From Epiperipatus broadwayi (Eukaryota > Animalia > Onychophora): a DNA stretch of 64,000 nt. Position 1 is the first letter of the stretch, and each line of letters starts with the position of its first letter. The notes under the pieces were generated by a model. It did no database searches and was not told the DNA's origin. It saw nothing but the letters and a program-made list of their open reading frames with translations. Positions 1 to 14,649 of this stretch are shown here, piece after piece. Where the stretch lies: assembly GCA_028023455.1 (NCBI GenBank), contig JAQFVV010000003.1, positions 24,862,001-24,926,000 of the forward strand. Reading direction: 5' to 3'. The position numbers were made by a program, and so were the translations under genes.

Positions 1-2919
1 CCATCTCATATGTGTACTGGTCGGATTTGTATGTTCACATAACAAGATCTAGCATCTAGGCAAAAGTACCTCGAATCCAATCAGATGCAAGATACATAAG
101 TCAGGAACCCTTATGAATTCTGCCCTATTTGCCTATTTTCCAGATCTACCAACTTATGAGCAACAATCCCAATGATATAGAGATAACTTTACCTCTCCCT
201 GCCGGCAACGCTCATCAGAGATACAAAAAGACTCTAAGTTAATTTAATGATAGATAGACTTAAAACAAACCATAATTTATGAGCAATGAAGGCTCGTGAC
301 CTTGCACAATAATTAGATATCTAAGCGGGGATCATCTAGTCGAATTGAGCATAATTAATAACTTAATATATTAACTTAACTAAAAGAAAGCAATGATTCG
401 AGAGTTGATATATGTATTTCAGATTTATTCTATTAATAACAAATAAATATGTCTGGTTATTTACCCGATACTAGCCTCGTGAATATAATTCAGTTTTTAC
501 AATACCTTGGTGATACTCACGGCTATGCCAATAATGTACATATATAACTTAGGAAAGTAGCGCTATTGGAAATGTGAGACTAAAATACTACTCCACCCCC
601 AAGAGAAATGAAAAGAGCATTTACCGACTTGAAATAAAATAATTTAACAGGCAAATATTACATTTAGTTTTTTATTCAATATTATTATTAGTTTGATTGG
701 TAAAGTGATAAATGTGCGGGACGGATAATGAATACTTATAGGAGTGAGAATAAATTTATCGCACTGACACACATAGTAAATAATGGGAATATATGTTCGT
801 TTAGAGAAATCATCGCATTACAACTTATGGCTATTCCTGGGTGACTAAAAATATACTGAAAGGCAGTACGTGCATGACGGCAGGTTAGGATGGCCCAATT
901 ATGGATCCTGGAGTGTGCTTCATGAATTTTATTAACGAAATTTACCGATGTCCTCTGCGAACGTAGGCAGGATCATTTTTGAAATGAAGGGTGGTCGGCA
1001 ATGCATTTATTGGGCTGGATTTCCCAGAGCGATCCCCATATAAAGCATGCTTATACGACCAAATATGTCCCCAGGGTGGTTTTACAGCCTGGTTCAAGGA
1101 CATTGAGAAACGACGATGGGGATCGACTTAGCGAATACCTCCATGTTAGAGAGAAGCACAAATATATATAAGACGAAATGGCCTATCAATGCTTAAGAAT
1201 ACAATATAACTATAACTTTAAAGATTATTTTAACTTTTTAACTGCCCATAAATTGTGAAATACCCAGCATAATGGTATGGTTTCTTCATCAAACAAACAT
1301 GGATAATACATTTAATTAAACAAAAGTTTAAGATCTGAAGATCCTCCCCCCCTTTATATTACTTAATATTATTCATAACTTCCCACACACCTAACAAATC
1401 TCACTTTTTGGTCAATAAATGCCTTTATGAAAATATATGAATTAATACGAAAATAAATAGGCGGTGGTAATAGCTATGATGGGTTTAGATATATAACATA
1501 AATTGATAATAAGAAATAGCGCATTATTTAGAAAGGAAACATTTATAAAACAGATGTTGATCTGTTTTTCTATAGCAAACATAGAAAATAATTAACTTGT
1601 TTATCCCAAAATCACTAGCACTTGGACAAGCTGAATAAGACTTGTTTTGATTAAGTTATGAGTTAATTACCCAATAAATGATGGGTGGGAAAAATGAAAT
1701 AAATTACGTGCTGGCAATTTTAGAAATATTATTGGCATTTTTCTTTTTTAAAACATAAATACATAAATATAAACTAAAATTATTTGCAGCATGAAATAAA
1801 AGAAAAGAAAACATTTTATAAGAGGCTTAGTAGCAATAAGTTATATAGAGTTATAAAAGAATTACATACCAGGAAAATATTTAATATATATATATATATA
1901 ATCAGAACACAGAAGAAATCTTACAAGGAAGGCAGGATTTAAGAATTATGAGCGGCTAAAGTTCTTTTTTTATCTTGCTGTCTGGAAGAGCAATTTTGAT
2001 ACGAGTCACTCCATCGGCATTGGTTCACTAGATCTAGGGTAGCAGTAATATATGATAGATAGCATTTTAATTTTATCACAAAAATATTTAAAGTTCATCA
2101 GTATGGGATGCAGAGCTTCACTTATGGGAAAATCATATTAGAACGGAGGGGAAGGTGAAATTTCCCCTATTCACGGCACATTGGATTAAAATTGAAATTG
2201 ACATGGATTATGTATAACAACATCATAATTTGTTGGTCTCCTCTCCCTTGTGGATTCAAATCCAGCAGTATTTATACTTCTATTTTGATGATGTGACATA
2301 GCAACTACTTCTGGACCTGAGGCGGTTTAAGCATTTAAGGTTCATCTGGAATCAACTAACCGGATACCTTCTTATCTGGTAAGACTTTTGAAACAATGCA
2401 ATTTTATTATCAGTTTCTCGAACGATTGTTTTAAAATAAGTCTTATGATTTTAAAACAAGCTGGCGTGGACAAAATTTCCACTAATTTATTTTATTATTA
2501 CAAATCTGTAATCTTTTATTTTTATCTAAGGGGTTCTTCAGGGTAATTGTTTTTCGAGAGACTTTTTAAAAGAATTGCTATCATTTCTGACTACTAAATT
2601 ACATATGACATTTTAATAAGTTTCATATATGATTTGAGTATAATTTATATACAATGATTTCTAGTGATTTATTAGCAATCTCCTACACTGAAATACATAG
2701 ATTTATTATTTACGCACGCATACATATGAGAATATTATATATTTATTTATTAAAAATGGTTTTAGATTTAAGATGTATGAGCATTTACGCGATCTGTGTT
2801 AAAATAACAAGGCAAAAAGAAATATACGCATTATTAGATATCTATGTGGGTGTAAAGGTGGGTTTGAATATGGTTAGATGGTAGGAGATTGGATGTGGCC
2901 TGTGAAGCAGGATCTGAGC

Positions 2920-3110
2920 ATCAGATCATCTCCTTCACATGAAGCCACTTTTTAGGTCTTTTAAGATCTTACAATTGCTCCTCTATTATCATCTTTTAGC
3001 AACATATCCAACCTAACTCCATTTCAATCTCTTAATTCTTTCAATAATATCAATGCCATTAATCAGGCTTTCTTAATTCTCTATCCTTCACTTAGTGATT
3101 TTTCCAGATT
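2920..3110 (-). mobile_element. RTE-type LINE ORF C-terminal remnant
   Basis: Frame reads LKRIKRLKWS*VGYVAKR/DDNR, resembling RTE IK.LKW.WAGHVAR.DNRW. Confidence 0.5.
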
Positions 3111-3420
3111 AAAAGAACATTTTGAAATATTTCAGTGATGTAACTCTTCCTTGTCACTATAAATGTTTCATGTTTCTAAAGCACTCATGCAATGATGAAA
3201 ATATTATATAGTAATATTATATAATAATTATTAATTTTAATATTCTGTAATTAATAATTTAATTTTTATGTAAGTATTGCAATTATTAATTTAATATTTG
3301 TTGAATATACTCAATATCTTCTATATAATGAAAATTTAATAATTGTTGAATATACTCAATATCTTCTATATAATGAAAATTTATATTCATTTTATATCAT
3401 CATATTCTAATATGTAATGT

Positions 3421-3580
3421 TCTGATATTTTGCGATATTATTTCCACTCTTAATTCTAATGCCTTGACAATTCAATTTATTTCCCTACTGTAGCTACTAT
3501 TTCCGATGCATCAGAACTGTCTACAGCTTTGTCGAAGCATTAGAATTAAGGGTGGAAATAATATTATTGCAAAATATCAG
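3421..3580. repeat. Small MITE-like inverted repeat (~50-bp arms)
   Basis: tctgatattttgcgatattatttccactcttaattctaatgccttgacaa versus ttgtcgaagcattagaattaagggtggaaataatattattgcaaaatatcaga. Confidence 0.65.

Positions 3581-3582
<2 letters not shown>

Positions 3583-3638
<56 letters not shown>
3583..3638. repeat. (TA)n microsatellite
   Basis: Uninterrupted TA run of about 28 units. Confidence 0.95.
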
Positions 3639-3642
<4 letters not shown>

Positions 3643-3993
3643 AACCCTTAGTTTCTTTTGTAAAGAAACTCATGATTAGGAAGTAAGTAGTAGGATTAGT
3701 TTCTTAATTATATCCGAGTAAAAAAATTTTTTTTAAGTTTAAGAAAAGTTAAAAGCTTTATTTAGAGAGACTAATAACCATGTGGCTTAAATTTAATGTA
3801 TAGAGAATATCTGTTTGTATTTATTCAAAATTATAGCATATCATTATGTAGAGAGAAGGGGGTTTGACTATTGCACGCACTATAATATCAAAAAATTGTG
3901 TGCACTATAATATAAAAAAAAATATGTTGATCTATATGTCTAAACAGAAAGGTCTTGGTGAATTGTAATATTTATGAATAAAAATGTTGTCTT

Positions 3994-4077
3994 GCATTGG
4001 TGGTCGAGAGGTCAGTGCGACTGCCTTGCACTTGCAGGCAGTTGCCCGGGTTGCGAGTCCGCGTCCCGGCCGATGCT
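3994..4077 (+). mobile_element. Short tRNA-derived SINE-like element with A tail
   Basis: A-box-like tggtcgagagg, GC-rich body ctgccttgca...gggttgcgagtcc and a poly-A end. A diverged homolog lies at about 61720-61805. Confidence 0.5.
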
Positions 4078-5557
4078 ATGACACTTAAAAAAAAAAATGT
4101 TAGTACAAATTGAAATTGAACTTGGTATAGATGGCATTTGTTTGACAGTTCTTTGCATGAGAATAGGTTTAAATTTTTAGGAAATTAGGAATTGTATTAA
4201 TATGAATAAAAGATATTTTGTACTAATATGAATATAAACAAGCAGTTCACTATTTAGTATTGTATGTGCATGTATGATGTATATATAATTTTTTTTCTTT
4301 GTGGAAATTTATACATCATACTCTAAACTATTTGATAGTATAATGTAAAATGAATTTATTTGCATGGGTTTTACAGAAATTGGTTGTTTTCATTTCTAAA
4401 TTTGATTTAAGTTTTAAAGAAGAAATTTATTTATATAATATCAGTTTTATAAAATACCCATGATTATATATATATTTTTTATATTTCTCGTAAATTAGAG
4501 TGGTATAAAATGTGTTAAGAAAGAAAAAATTAAAACATAATCAGAGCGGAAAACAATAAACCAAAAACAACATTTAATAAATGGTGTCAAAAGGTTGCCT
4601 CGAGAGAATGGTCGATTAGAAGAATCAAAGCAAAAAAAAAACTTGCGGGTGGCCTTTTTTTTCTCATAAAAGCTAGTGAAAATGAAGTAAAGGAGGGATT
4701 TTTTCTTGCTAATTCAATACATCTTCTCAGACCGTTTTCTCTCAGACAGCAATTGACTCAACTTATTAAGAAATCTGTATATATTACTTAAGATGAACAG
4801 CTAAAAACAAATAAATAGTGTACAAATCTCTCTCCAAAATCAATTATGGTAAAATTAATTTGCAACAAAAAGTTCTATACTCAATACCTTAATCTTCGTA
4901 TTTGGCTTTTAAAAGTTCGTTTAAAAGAAGACACATCAGGAACAATATTTTATCTGTGGCTTAATTAATTAAAACTCCAAAGAACGATTGGACTTTAATA
5001 TAAAGTTAGTTAAATACTCATCATACTTATTAGTAAAAAAAAAATTTGATTGTGACTCCAGTAAAAATATATGTAGGAAAAGAGCATCTACAACACTATT
5101 TTGTTTGAATTTTTTTTTCCTCCTAAAAGAAACTAAAAAAATGAAGCTTAAAAAAATAAAGTTATGGACTAAAATGTGAAACCAAGCATCTCGATTCAAA
5201 TCCAGGAAGAAAGGTATTTAAAATGCAAAAGTAATCTGCAGGACTAATTTTCAAGTTTTAATTATCGTGATCAATGTAGCTACATCCTGAATGAAAAGAA
5301 TTTTATGTGTGTCCATAATCATTAACATAAGATAGATGTAATGTGTTTTCCAAGGCAGTGAACTGAAAAATGGTAATTGGTGTTTATGGACAATACATAC
5401 GTGTTTTCTGTCAAATTGGCCTTGACCATACAAAATATTCAGACTGAGCTCCGAAGGAACCCAAACCAAAGAGACAATGCGTAATGTTTTCTTATTTATT
5501 TTGCTTTTATTTATATGTTCGTTAGTATGTTTAATAGATATTTAAGAGTTATAGGAA

Positions 5558-5589
<32 letters not shown>

Positions 5590-8249
5590 TTTTGACCTAT
5601 AAGAAACTATTGGAAAAAAAAATGGTAATGTGTAATAATGAGAAAGCATAAATGCTTATATATATTTGTCATATAAAAAAAAGAGTGGGGGAGATGTTTT
5701 TTATTATCAAAATTATATGACTATTATTAGATGTGTGAAAAATATTTGAATAGTCGTTGCTATGCCTTAACATGTAGATGCGATCTGTGTGATTGTGAAA
5801 GGTTAGATGAATGTTGCTGGGTGCTTGACTTTTGAAACTAATATAGTACATAGGTTTGGTTCATGATCAGTCAAAACTTTGTCATTTTGCAACAAGACTA
5901 TAATCACCCTGTGTGTATGTGTGAAGCTGTAAATGCTGAGTATTACTGAGGTAGAATCATCATATCATCTCGAATGGATAGAGAGAAAATAACTATCTTA
6001 TAATTTAGTTACTATGTATGCAGTTATTGGGAGATCAAGGACTTGATCCCAGCTCCACTCATAATTATTATTTAAGTAGGGACTTATTGATACAGTTGTG
6101 GTAAAATGTTTTAAATGCCTATTTAAAGTAAATGTGTAGAGACTAGTTCCTCACATAATACGTAGCCTCAGGAAGAAGGCAGTTGCCAATGCTAACATTT
6201 GAAGTTATGAATTGTTTGATTTTCCTTACTGAGACATTAATGTGTGCATTGTAAAGTGTTGAATAGTGCTATAAAATATCTAGAGGGTTTTGCAAGATAG
6301 AATAAAAGTTTCTATGACAGGGTCAGGGTTATAATCAGATGAGTATGTTGATGTGGGGGATGACAGAGAGTTACTTCAATTTATAAGGTGACCGATCTGT
6401 AGTCAGAGTTTATGGAAGGTAATAAAATTAGATATCGGCCAAGCTGTGGCAACATATTATCATATCAAAATGTATACAGTCGCTAAAGTGATAACATGAT
6501 GATTAGAATCACAGGGGGGTAGCAGTGAATATTTAGCGCATGGAAATAAGACTATGATTTTATATTTCAGCCAATTATTTAGAATGGTTAGAAAGTGAAT
6601 ATAACATTATCTTTTTTTAGGAAATACCAAATATTATTGCTTGGTGGAATAGTTAAATCTATAATTGTTGTAATAAGGAGGGGGGGGCAAAAAATTGAGT
6701 AGGCTGTTGGGTAAAATTATAAGATAATTTCATATTTATATTTAAATGTGGAATCAGATATGTCTGTAAGCACATTAACATTAAATTGAAATATGGGTCA
6801 AAACCGTGATTAAGTTTAAGGAAATTCAAATAATCTGATGAAAGTATATAATTTTATTATTATTAATTTTTTTTTTTTAGTTAAAGTGAATTTCATATAA
6901 AAAGTAAGTAAATTTTTATTTTACAATGAGTATAATATTTGAGATTGTGGTGATACTATATACATGTGTGTTTCTTTCTTGTTTAAGTATAATAAATATT
7001 TGTTATTGTTATAAATTTACATATGTGTCTTTGGTTTAATATTTCAAATGTCTAGAACCTATAGCCAGAGCTTATATCTAGAACCTATGTCTAGAACCTT
7101 ACCACCTTATAAAAAGGCATATTCTATATACTGCCATAATCAATTTTATAATAATACCAGATCACATTTAAATTTATGAATTGTCTTATATTGAATGATT
7201 TCCATGATTGATTTCAATGGTTTACTTCCATAGTTTACTTCCACAATTGATTTTCACAGTTCACCTTTGTAAAATATCAACCAAGAAAGATTTATTTCTT
7301 ATATGGGGGGGGGGCAATGACGACGACGATCATTTCGTATGGATAGAGAATATACCCGACTAGTAAAATGTAATAGATTTAAAAATATTAGTTAAATGTG
7401 GCAAACAGATGATATGAAATAAAATAAAATGAGAGAAAATAGTCAATTTAGATATGTTAAATTTAGTTATTTGGTTCGTTGCAATGTTACAAATATTAGG
7501 AGTAAACATAAAATCCATTTTCTGCTTTTGGTATTTAACATGATTCCCACTGGTAAACTCACATTAAAATTTAATTTAGCAAGCTTTGGGATCATATCCA
7601 TTGCACTGTAATCATTAACAATTGCACCTCATTAGCAGATCAAGACCTTGAGAAATTTGAGTACTTCGATTATTAACTTTAAAAGAGCTAACTTGGAAGT
7701 CAAGTACTATAAGTATTAAAATCGGAAAATACTATTATAATAATGATAATGAATCTATAGTTAGTTGGAAGGCATATATGTGTGTTTAAGAAAATAAGAT
7801 TAAGAGTTGTCAGTTAAGAAGACATAAAGGAGAACATAACACCGATATTTAGTGTTATATAATTGTGACTATTAAAGGTGATAGATGTTGAGAATGAAAA
7901 TAATAGTAGTAGGGTTAAATGGAAGGATTTATAACATTTCTTTTATTCTACTTTGAATTAAATAATAATCTTATAGTATATATTATAAACATAAGTTATG
8001 AGTTCTCCGCATTGATTACTAATTTATTTCTAGTCGTTTATATATTAGAAATATACACAACAGTCTCGTAATTACCATTACCACTCGAGATCATATATCT
8101 GTATAAAGTTGTGGAAGAAAGTGGTCTATATTATTTAGTTAGCAGTAATAACTTATCACGAGAGGATTTACATAATTATTAAGTTTAAATTAAAACCATA
8201 ATAAACTGAATTGGATGTATCAACATTTTTTTTTGAGACAATTTAATTA

Positions 8250-8840
8250 CTTTCTTCATTATATCCTATAGTAATAAGCATGGATGATGATCTCCGGTAG
8301 GTATTATGATTTCATAGTTACAATTTGGCACATGGGTATACATAATCTTATTATTACTATCCTTAGGTAAACATACTAGCATTCCTTGTTCGGTTCCAGA
8401 TTATTTTCAATCGACTATCTACTTGCCTAAAGTTGAGGTTAGAATATATACCACACATATTTAATAATTCTAATATGTATAAACTAATACATACAAACAT
8501 ACCACTTAATCTTATCAATAACAGCCATTATAAATATCTCCACTCCCCAAATTATGTTTAAAAACAGTAATAGATTATTTTGCTTTTTTTTCTAAAACCA
8601 ATTAATGAATTAACAATGAGTATATTATTTTTTTAAATTTATTAATTTTAATTAAAAGTCATATAACAAACAACTTCAGGGACTACACTTTTAAACATTA
8701 GAAATGTTCATTGAATGATTTTTTTTAATATAGTTATGAAATTCTCTATATTCATTATTCCATGGAAAAGGGCAATTATAAGTTTAGTGTCCATAAGAGC
8801 TTGGCAGTTTCCTGTAGTAGTTAGGGAGAACTCAATTTTT
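8250..8840 (-). mobile_element. Possible highly decayed Ty3/Gypsy protease-RT junction
   Basis: GNCQALMDT (like protease ALIDTG) at about 8790 and YEIIIPTGDHHP (like HEIDTGDHPP) at about 8290, in the expected order. Confidence 0.3.
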
Positions 8841-11800
8841 GATTTAACAGTCAGTGCAATGACACTTACCTGATCAATTAAGATAATTCTGGCAGGTTTA
8901 TGCTCCAGTTAAGAATACCTATTTTTAGATCAACAATTGGATTTTTAAAAAACTGAGTATCTATTTGCATTTGAACCTCATATCATAGGTATTGTAGATG
9001 AATACTTTAACCAACCATACTACAAGAGATGTCATTTATATGCTTGCTTAATATTAATGTACAAACATTTTAATGTTGTAATGAATCTTAATATGTTGAA
9101 TGTAACTCTGACTATTGAAGATTATGATGTTATTAACCATAGGGGAAAAATATATTATAGGGATAGCTAAAACTGACAAATTACCACTAATAATAATAAT
9201 ATTACTCTGCCACTTTGCCCATTGTCTGGATAGCTTTGTTCGATTTAAAGCAGTGGAAAAGTTCAAGGATTGAGTTTCAATTGAATACTTTGTTGTGCTA
9301 GAATATCAAATAACCCCTGAACAACTAATTATACAATCATAATTAATACCACCTAAATACATAAATCTATCTTTGGGCGAAGTTAATATATGTAAAACGT
9401 GTGCATATATATATATATAGGAATATTCTATATCGAATATAATTCTGGAAAACAATTTGCTTAAGTAATCCAAATTCTTTATATATAGTTGCAAAAACAC
9501 ATATAACGAATGAAAATACAATAAATGATCAATACTGATATTCTCGAGCAAACATTCAACTATTTTTAAACTTTCACCTTAAAATCTATCTAAAACTAAA
9601 AATCATCTTAAAAACTTTAATTTATTACTGCAACTTAAAAAAAGGAAAAAAATTTCCCCTAAGTATGGCCAAATATCTACACATTGCTGCATTAACAATT
9701 TTGACAGCCCAGCGACAGAAAAGAGTCTCCAATTTTCAATCATGAAGTCATTTGTTACCCATAGTAGAGCTAAAAATAATATTTCTTAAACATTTTTGAA
9801 TATCAATCTTTGCTTTTATAAATATCCTCCCACTTCGAGAACCGAAGACTCGAGATTAAACTTTTGTTTTATATCAATTATCATCCATCCAATTTTCAAT
9901 TCATTTTAAAATTAATTATCTAATATTATGACGAGCTGTTATTATTTAATATACATGTAAACTATTTCTACTTTTTTGTTTTTGATATAAATATATTTAT
10001 TTAAGAAAGATTAAAGACATACACAAAATGAAAAAGGTTATAAGGAGCACAATAGGCAATAACAAAAATTAGATTAAAATACATAAAAACGCAGTAAATT
10101 AAGGTGGGAAACATGTATGACAGAAAAAAAAAAAGAAGAAAAAACTCAACTTTACACTAGACAGCTCTTCTGAATTAAAGAACACAGTTTATTCTTATTT
10201 CTAATGTAATATTTTGAAGGTAACCATCCCTACTACAAGAAAAAAGGACTTTTAAAATTTTTTACTCTAGTGAAGAGTTTGCAGTGCTATACAGACTAAT
10301 CTATGAACCATAGATACATTCATATATAGAACATGCTGATCCATTGTTCTGTTTATTTGGTATTTTGTGATGCTACATTTTAAACTTCTTTCACAGAAAA
10401 CTTTCCTTTCATAAACGCTGAATTGGAGCCAGAAATATTGTGCATGTGAGTAAGGAATAGAAATGTAATTACACAAACATATAATCACATTGTATTGTTG
10501 GTATAGGAAGATGAGTGATAGCATGAGAGAATATGAGAATAAATCATACATTAACTTAAATGATTGAAAAAGGAAAAAGAGACAATAAAGATTGTTTGTA
10601 TTGGAAGCACTCTTTGATACTCTTCCTTTATTTATTATTCATAGTTAACTCTCATATTTCAAGGCCATATCATTATGTGACACCTGAGGAATCCATCAGT
10701 AGTCTGAACATGACATCTGGCAAATTTTGAAAGTAAGTAGAGAATTCACATGATAGTTTGTTTAGTATATACTCAATAAATTAACATCCTGAATTGGCCA
10801 GTATAGGGAAAAGATCTCTAGCACAGATGTATAGTACTGCACTTTATTAAATAAAAAAATATTATTGTGAGATGATGGCAAGGTAGGCATAATAGATCCA
10901 TTTCAATTTATCGAATTCAAAGTATTACTTTTACTTTATTTAACTGAAAATTGACATCTGGAGTATGTTTTTAATCCTATACTCAACTCCACAGAAAAAA
11001 AATTGCTTTTTCACAAATGATGCACATAAGCATGAACCATTAATGGTTAGCTATTGTTGAAAATTTCTAAAAAAAAAAAAAAATTATTCACTAAAGACAG
11101 TAAATTTTTAATTAGCAGAGTATTAAGGGATTTCCTTTTTTGTTTTATTCTGAACTGAAAATAGCTTGATGACAATTAATTAAATAATATATCAAGTTAT
11201 ACATAAGCTATCTCAAAAAAATATTGAATTGTCTTACTCTTACTCAACTATTGATTTGAACAATAATCCACAGACATGGAAAGCTAATATACTAACTTCT
11301 ATGAGACTGTTTTAAAATTATATATAAAATGTTGTAATGAACTAAAAATGATCAATAAGAAAATTGTCCTAATTTAATAACACACTATGAATTACAACAC
11401 TGGTTGTAATGAAATAAAATAGTGATGATGATAATGTGCACAAGATTTGCCAAGTAGCCCACATTCAAGTCTTCAATTAAAGATGCCAAATTGTAATAAT
11501 ACAAAAATACATAAGGTATTGATGATAAAAAGCTTCATTATGACCTACAAACTTGTATACATTAGCTCATAACTATCACAACACATATAATTCTCTCTAA
11601 ATACCTTATAAATTTACAGAATCAATAAAATGATAATACAAATGAGAGTGATGATAAGAAACTGTTATTATACAAATTTATACACATTAACTTATAACTA
11701 ATAAACCATATAAACTTTTCTCTTTAAATGCCCCACAGATTTAGGAGTAAATTGTAATGGAATAACCTAGCCTACACATCAATCACCAAGTTGTAATGGA

Positions 11801-14649
11801 ATGAAATGAATGAAGCCATTTTTCAGAGTGAAGTCAATATTTCAGAACACCAGTAAATTGAGGCATCAAATTGTAATGAGATAAAATGTTTACAATGCTA
11901 AAACTGTAACAAAACAAAATATACAAGATTAAAAATATTGTTAATATATAATTATGAATTTTTTCATTCATTATAAGTGGGGAAGTATGAAGCAGTCAAT
12001 CTAATTAATGATTGAGTTTCATGGTCTTTCATAATTATCAAGTTACTAATCCAGGTTTAAACCTTATGTTCCATCCCACTCCTACATTCATGTATATCTA
12101 TTTTATGTATATGTTTGAGATGTGCACATAAAGAGTTATAAAATTTAGCTTTTAATATTTTTTTACTATTATTTATTATTAATTCTTTTTATTAAAATCA
12201 AAATATATTAGGTGCAGCTCAAATATATATATAACAGGAGAAATTACTAACATGATATTAATTTTAAAAATATATTTTTTTGAAGTTTGTAAAATTAAAA
12301 CTTCATTAAATTCTTTATTTAAAAAACTGTATTCTTTTTTTATTTTAAAAATCCAAGATGGAGTATGCAACTGTAAATTGTCCAAAAATAATTAAAAGGG
12401 TGGAAGTTTTACATTGTCTAATTTTGGGAAAGAATGTCTAATTAAACTGTACTAAAAGTAAAAAAGGAAATCAAATTAATAATTTCTACTTTTGCAATTA
12501 TCATTTTATCAAATCTATTTCTAATCTGGAAATAGATTTGAATATATTTTTGGATAAATTATCTAATGGTTGCATCTCCAAAACAATAGGTAAAGGAAAT
12601 GAGAAAATTCCTACTAGATAATAATCACAGATGAAATTTAAAAAAGGATATTAAAAGCATTCCACAAATACCTGAGGGCAGTATATAAATGGGCCGATTT
12701 TTGACTGCAATCGCCAAAATACTCCACGCTACTTTTTTTCCCCAAAATGTTGAACAAGTAGTCAAACTAACCACCTTTTCTGGTCAGTCTCCCACTGCCA
12801 ATAATCATCTCACTGATGCCTCAAAACGATAAAAAGTATGATCTAAGAATGGAGGAATGCCTAATGGAAACTTGCTACTACATTGGAAATTGTTTGAATC
12901 CTGTTAATTTGCCATGCTGGAGCCAAACTGTCAAAATGGACTCTTTAATATAGCAAGGTAATTAACTTAAGAACCGCCTATGAAATTTATGTCTAATTCC
13001 TTCTAAAACTAATCTCAACCTCGGCTATCCAGATTTATTTAAATTGTTAAATTAAATGTTCTTCTTAACTGTTTATGTAAATTTTCTCTCATATTAATAA
13101 TTTTTCTTTTATATGTAAAGTCTGTCATATGCTCTTATTTCTTTACTTTTGGTGCAGTTCCTTTCTTAATTTTAAACTGTTTTATTATATTATTTAAAAG
13201 TTGCCAATCTAAACAATCTTGCGAGCTTAATGTATAAAGTTATTTTTCCCTATCTACTCAGACTTCCTTGGGTCAAGGTTAATAACACCACCTCCCTTTT
13301 GAATTAGATGTACGTACATTCTTAATTAATATGCTCACCAGATTGTTTCTCAAGTTGACCTAATTTCATCATTTTCTTTTATGCATCAAAAGGTTATTAC
13401 TTATGTACAAATTTTAAATCCCCGAAAAATTAATGCTATTAAATATTTTATATGTTGCTCACTTAATTCTGAAAAGGTGATTTCTTCCTGTTACTTTTTT
13501 TTTATATTCCGTATTACAATGCTATACTCTTAATATTTCAAAGACTTGATTATTCTAAAGTTATAATATTTGTGAGGGTGAGATTTCAATATGTTAAATA
13601 AAAAGGAAGGAGTATTAAAATCTATTTTGTATGAATTAAATCTTTCCCATATATATTACATGGCATAGTGTTAATTGCCTAACTTATAGCATTCGAGTGA
13701 GGTTCATGTACCTTAAAGTAACTTCCATTTCATGTCATTAAAGACATAGTATTATGCTGCGATGATTGATATATGGCTTAATTGTTTAATATTACATGCT
13801 ACTAGTCTGGAGGGTTGCGATGAGTTCTAACCCATAGACATTTTCATGCTCTATCCTGCTGACAGCTGACCTTCCCAGGATCATTTTCATATAACAGGCC
13901 TCTCACATCAGTTGCACCAGAGAACCCTGGGGACCATGCCAAACCTAAGCAAACTTCTCTAAGCAGCCCCCTAGAAAATGGACCCTTAGCCATTTCATTT
14001 TCTTTGTTTGGAAGCACGATCTCATTTCAGATTCTTCTCTTTTCATATCAGCACCGCTACTTTTCCATTATTATTCATTTATTTGTTGAATGACCTCATT
14101 ATGATGCTGTCACCATAAAATTGCATTTGCTTATATATATATATATCTTTCCAAAAATAGTGATTAGTTTGTTTTGTAATCAAGTGATTGGCATCTTGAT
14201 CTCACCCACCAAATATACCTATTTACGTATAATATTTCATCTATTCATAAGAGCATATGAATCATGATAGCATGATCAATGGTATGTCACTCTCTACATC
14301 TGGGTAAATCATCTTGTCATGCACATTCAAATAAATATATAATCAATTTACTGTTTCATTAAATGTTTTATTATTCAAGCAATTTATGTAGTTCGAATTA
14401 TCTTCTCTCCACGTCCATACATTCCAACATATATATGCGTTCTTTTGTTAAATATGTCTCATTGTCTTTTGCTCTTCTAGTGGGCCAGAGTTAAGAATTA
14501 ATTCTTGTGTGCCATCATTATTATGTTATTCATTAGGTGTTCAATCTGGGGCTCATGGAATGGGTTCAAATCTAGATTGGTCCCTGATATAAATCTCGAG
14601 TTTGACTGGGTTTGAAGTACGTTTCATTGACTTCCAGCTCATGTTAGAT

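Noticed and set aside
1-1150. GC- and CpG-richer segment at the window start
   Set aside because: Probably a repeat fragment, but no protein motif, terminus or ribozyme could be assigned.
7325-7365. Hairpin followed by GAAA on the minus strand (gtat...atac-gaaa)
   Set aside because: No CUGANGA core upstream, so it is not a hammerhead.
8869-8918. Possible minus-strand exon with a perfect CAG|GTAAGT donor
   Set aside because: All three frames of the 49-bp candidate contain stops, and it lies in a probable decayed retroelement.
13890-13950. HDV-like ribozyme resemblance (catggtccccagggttctctgg on the minus strand)
   Set aside because: No convincing P1 or P2 partner strands, so the nested double pseudoknot cannot be built.
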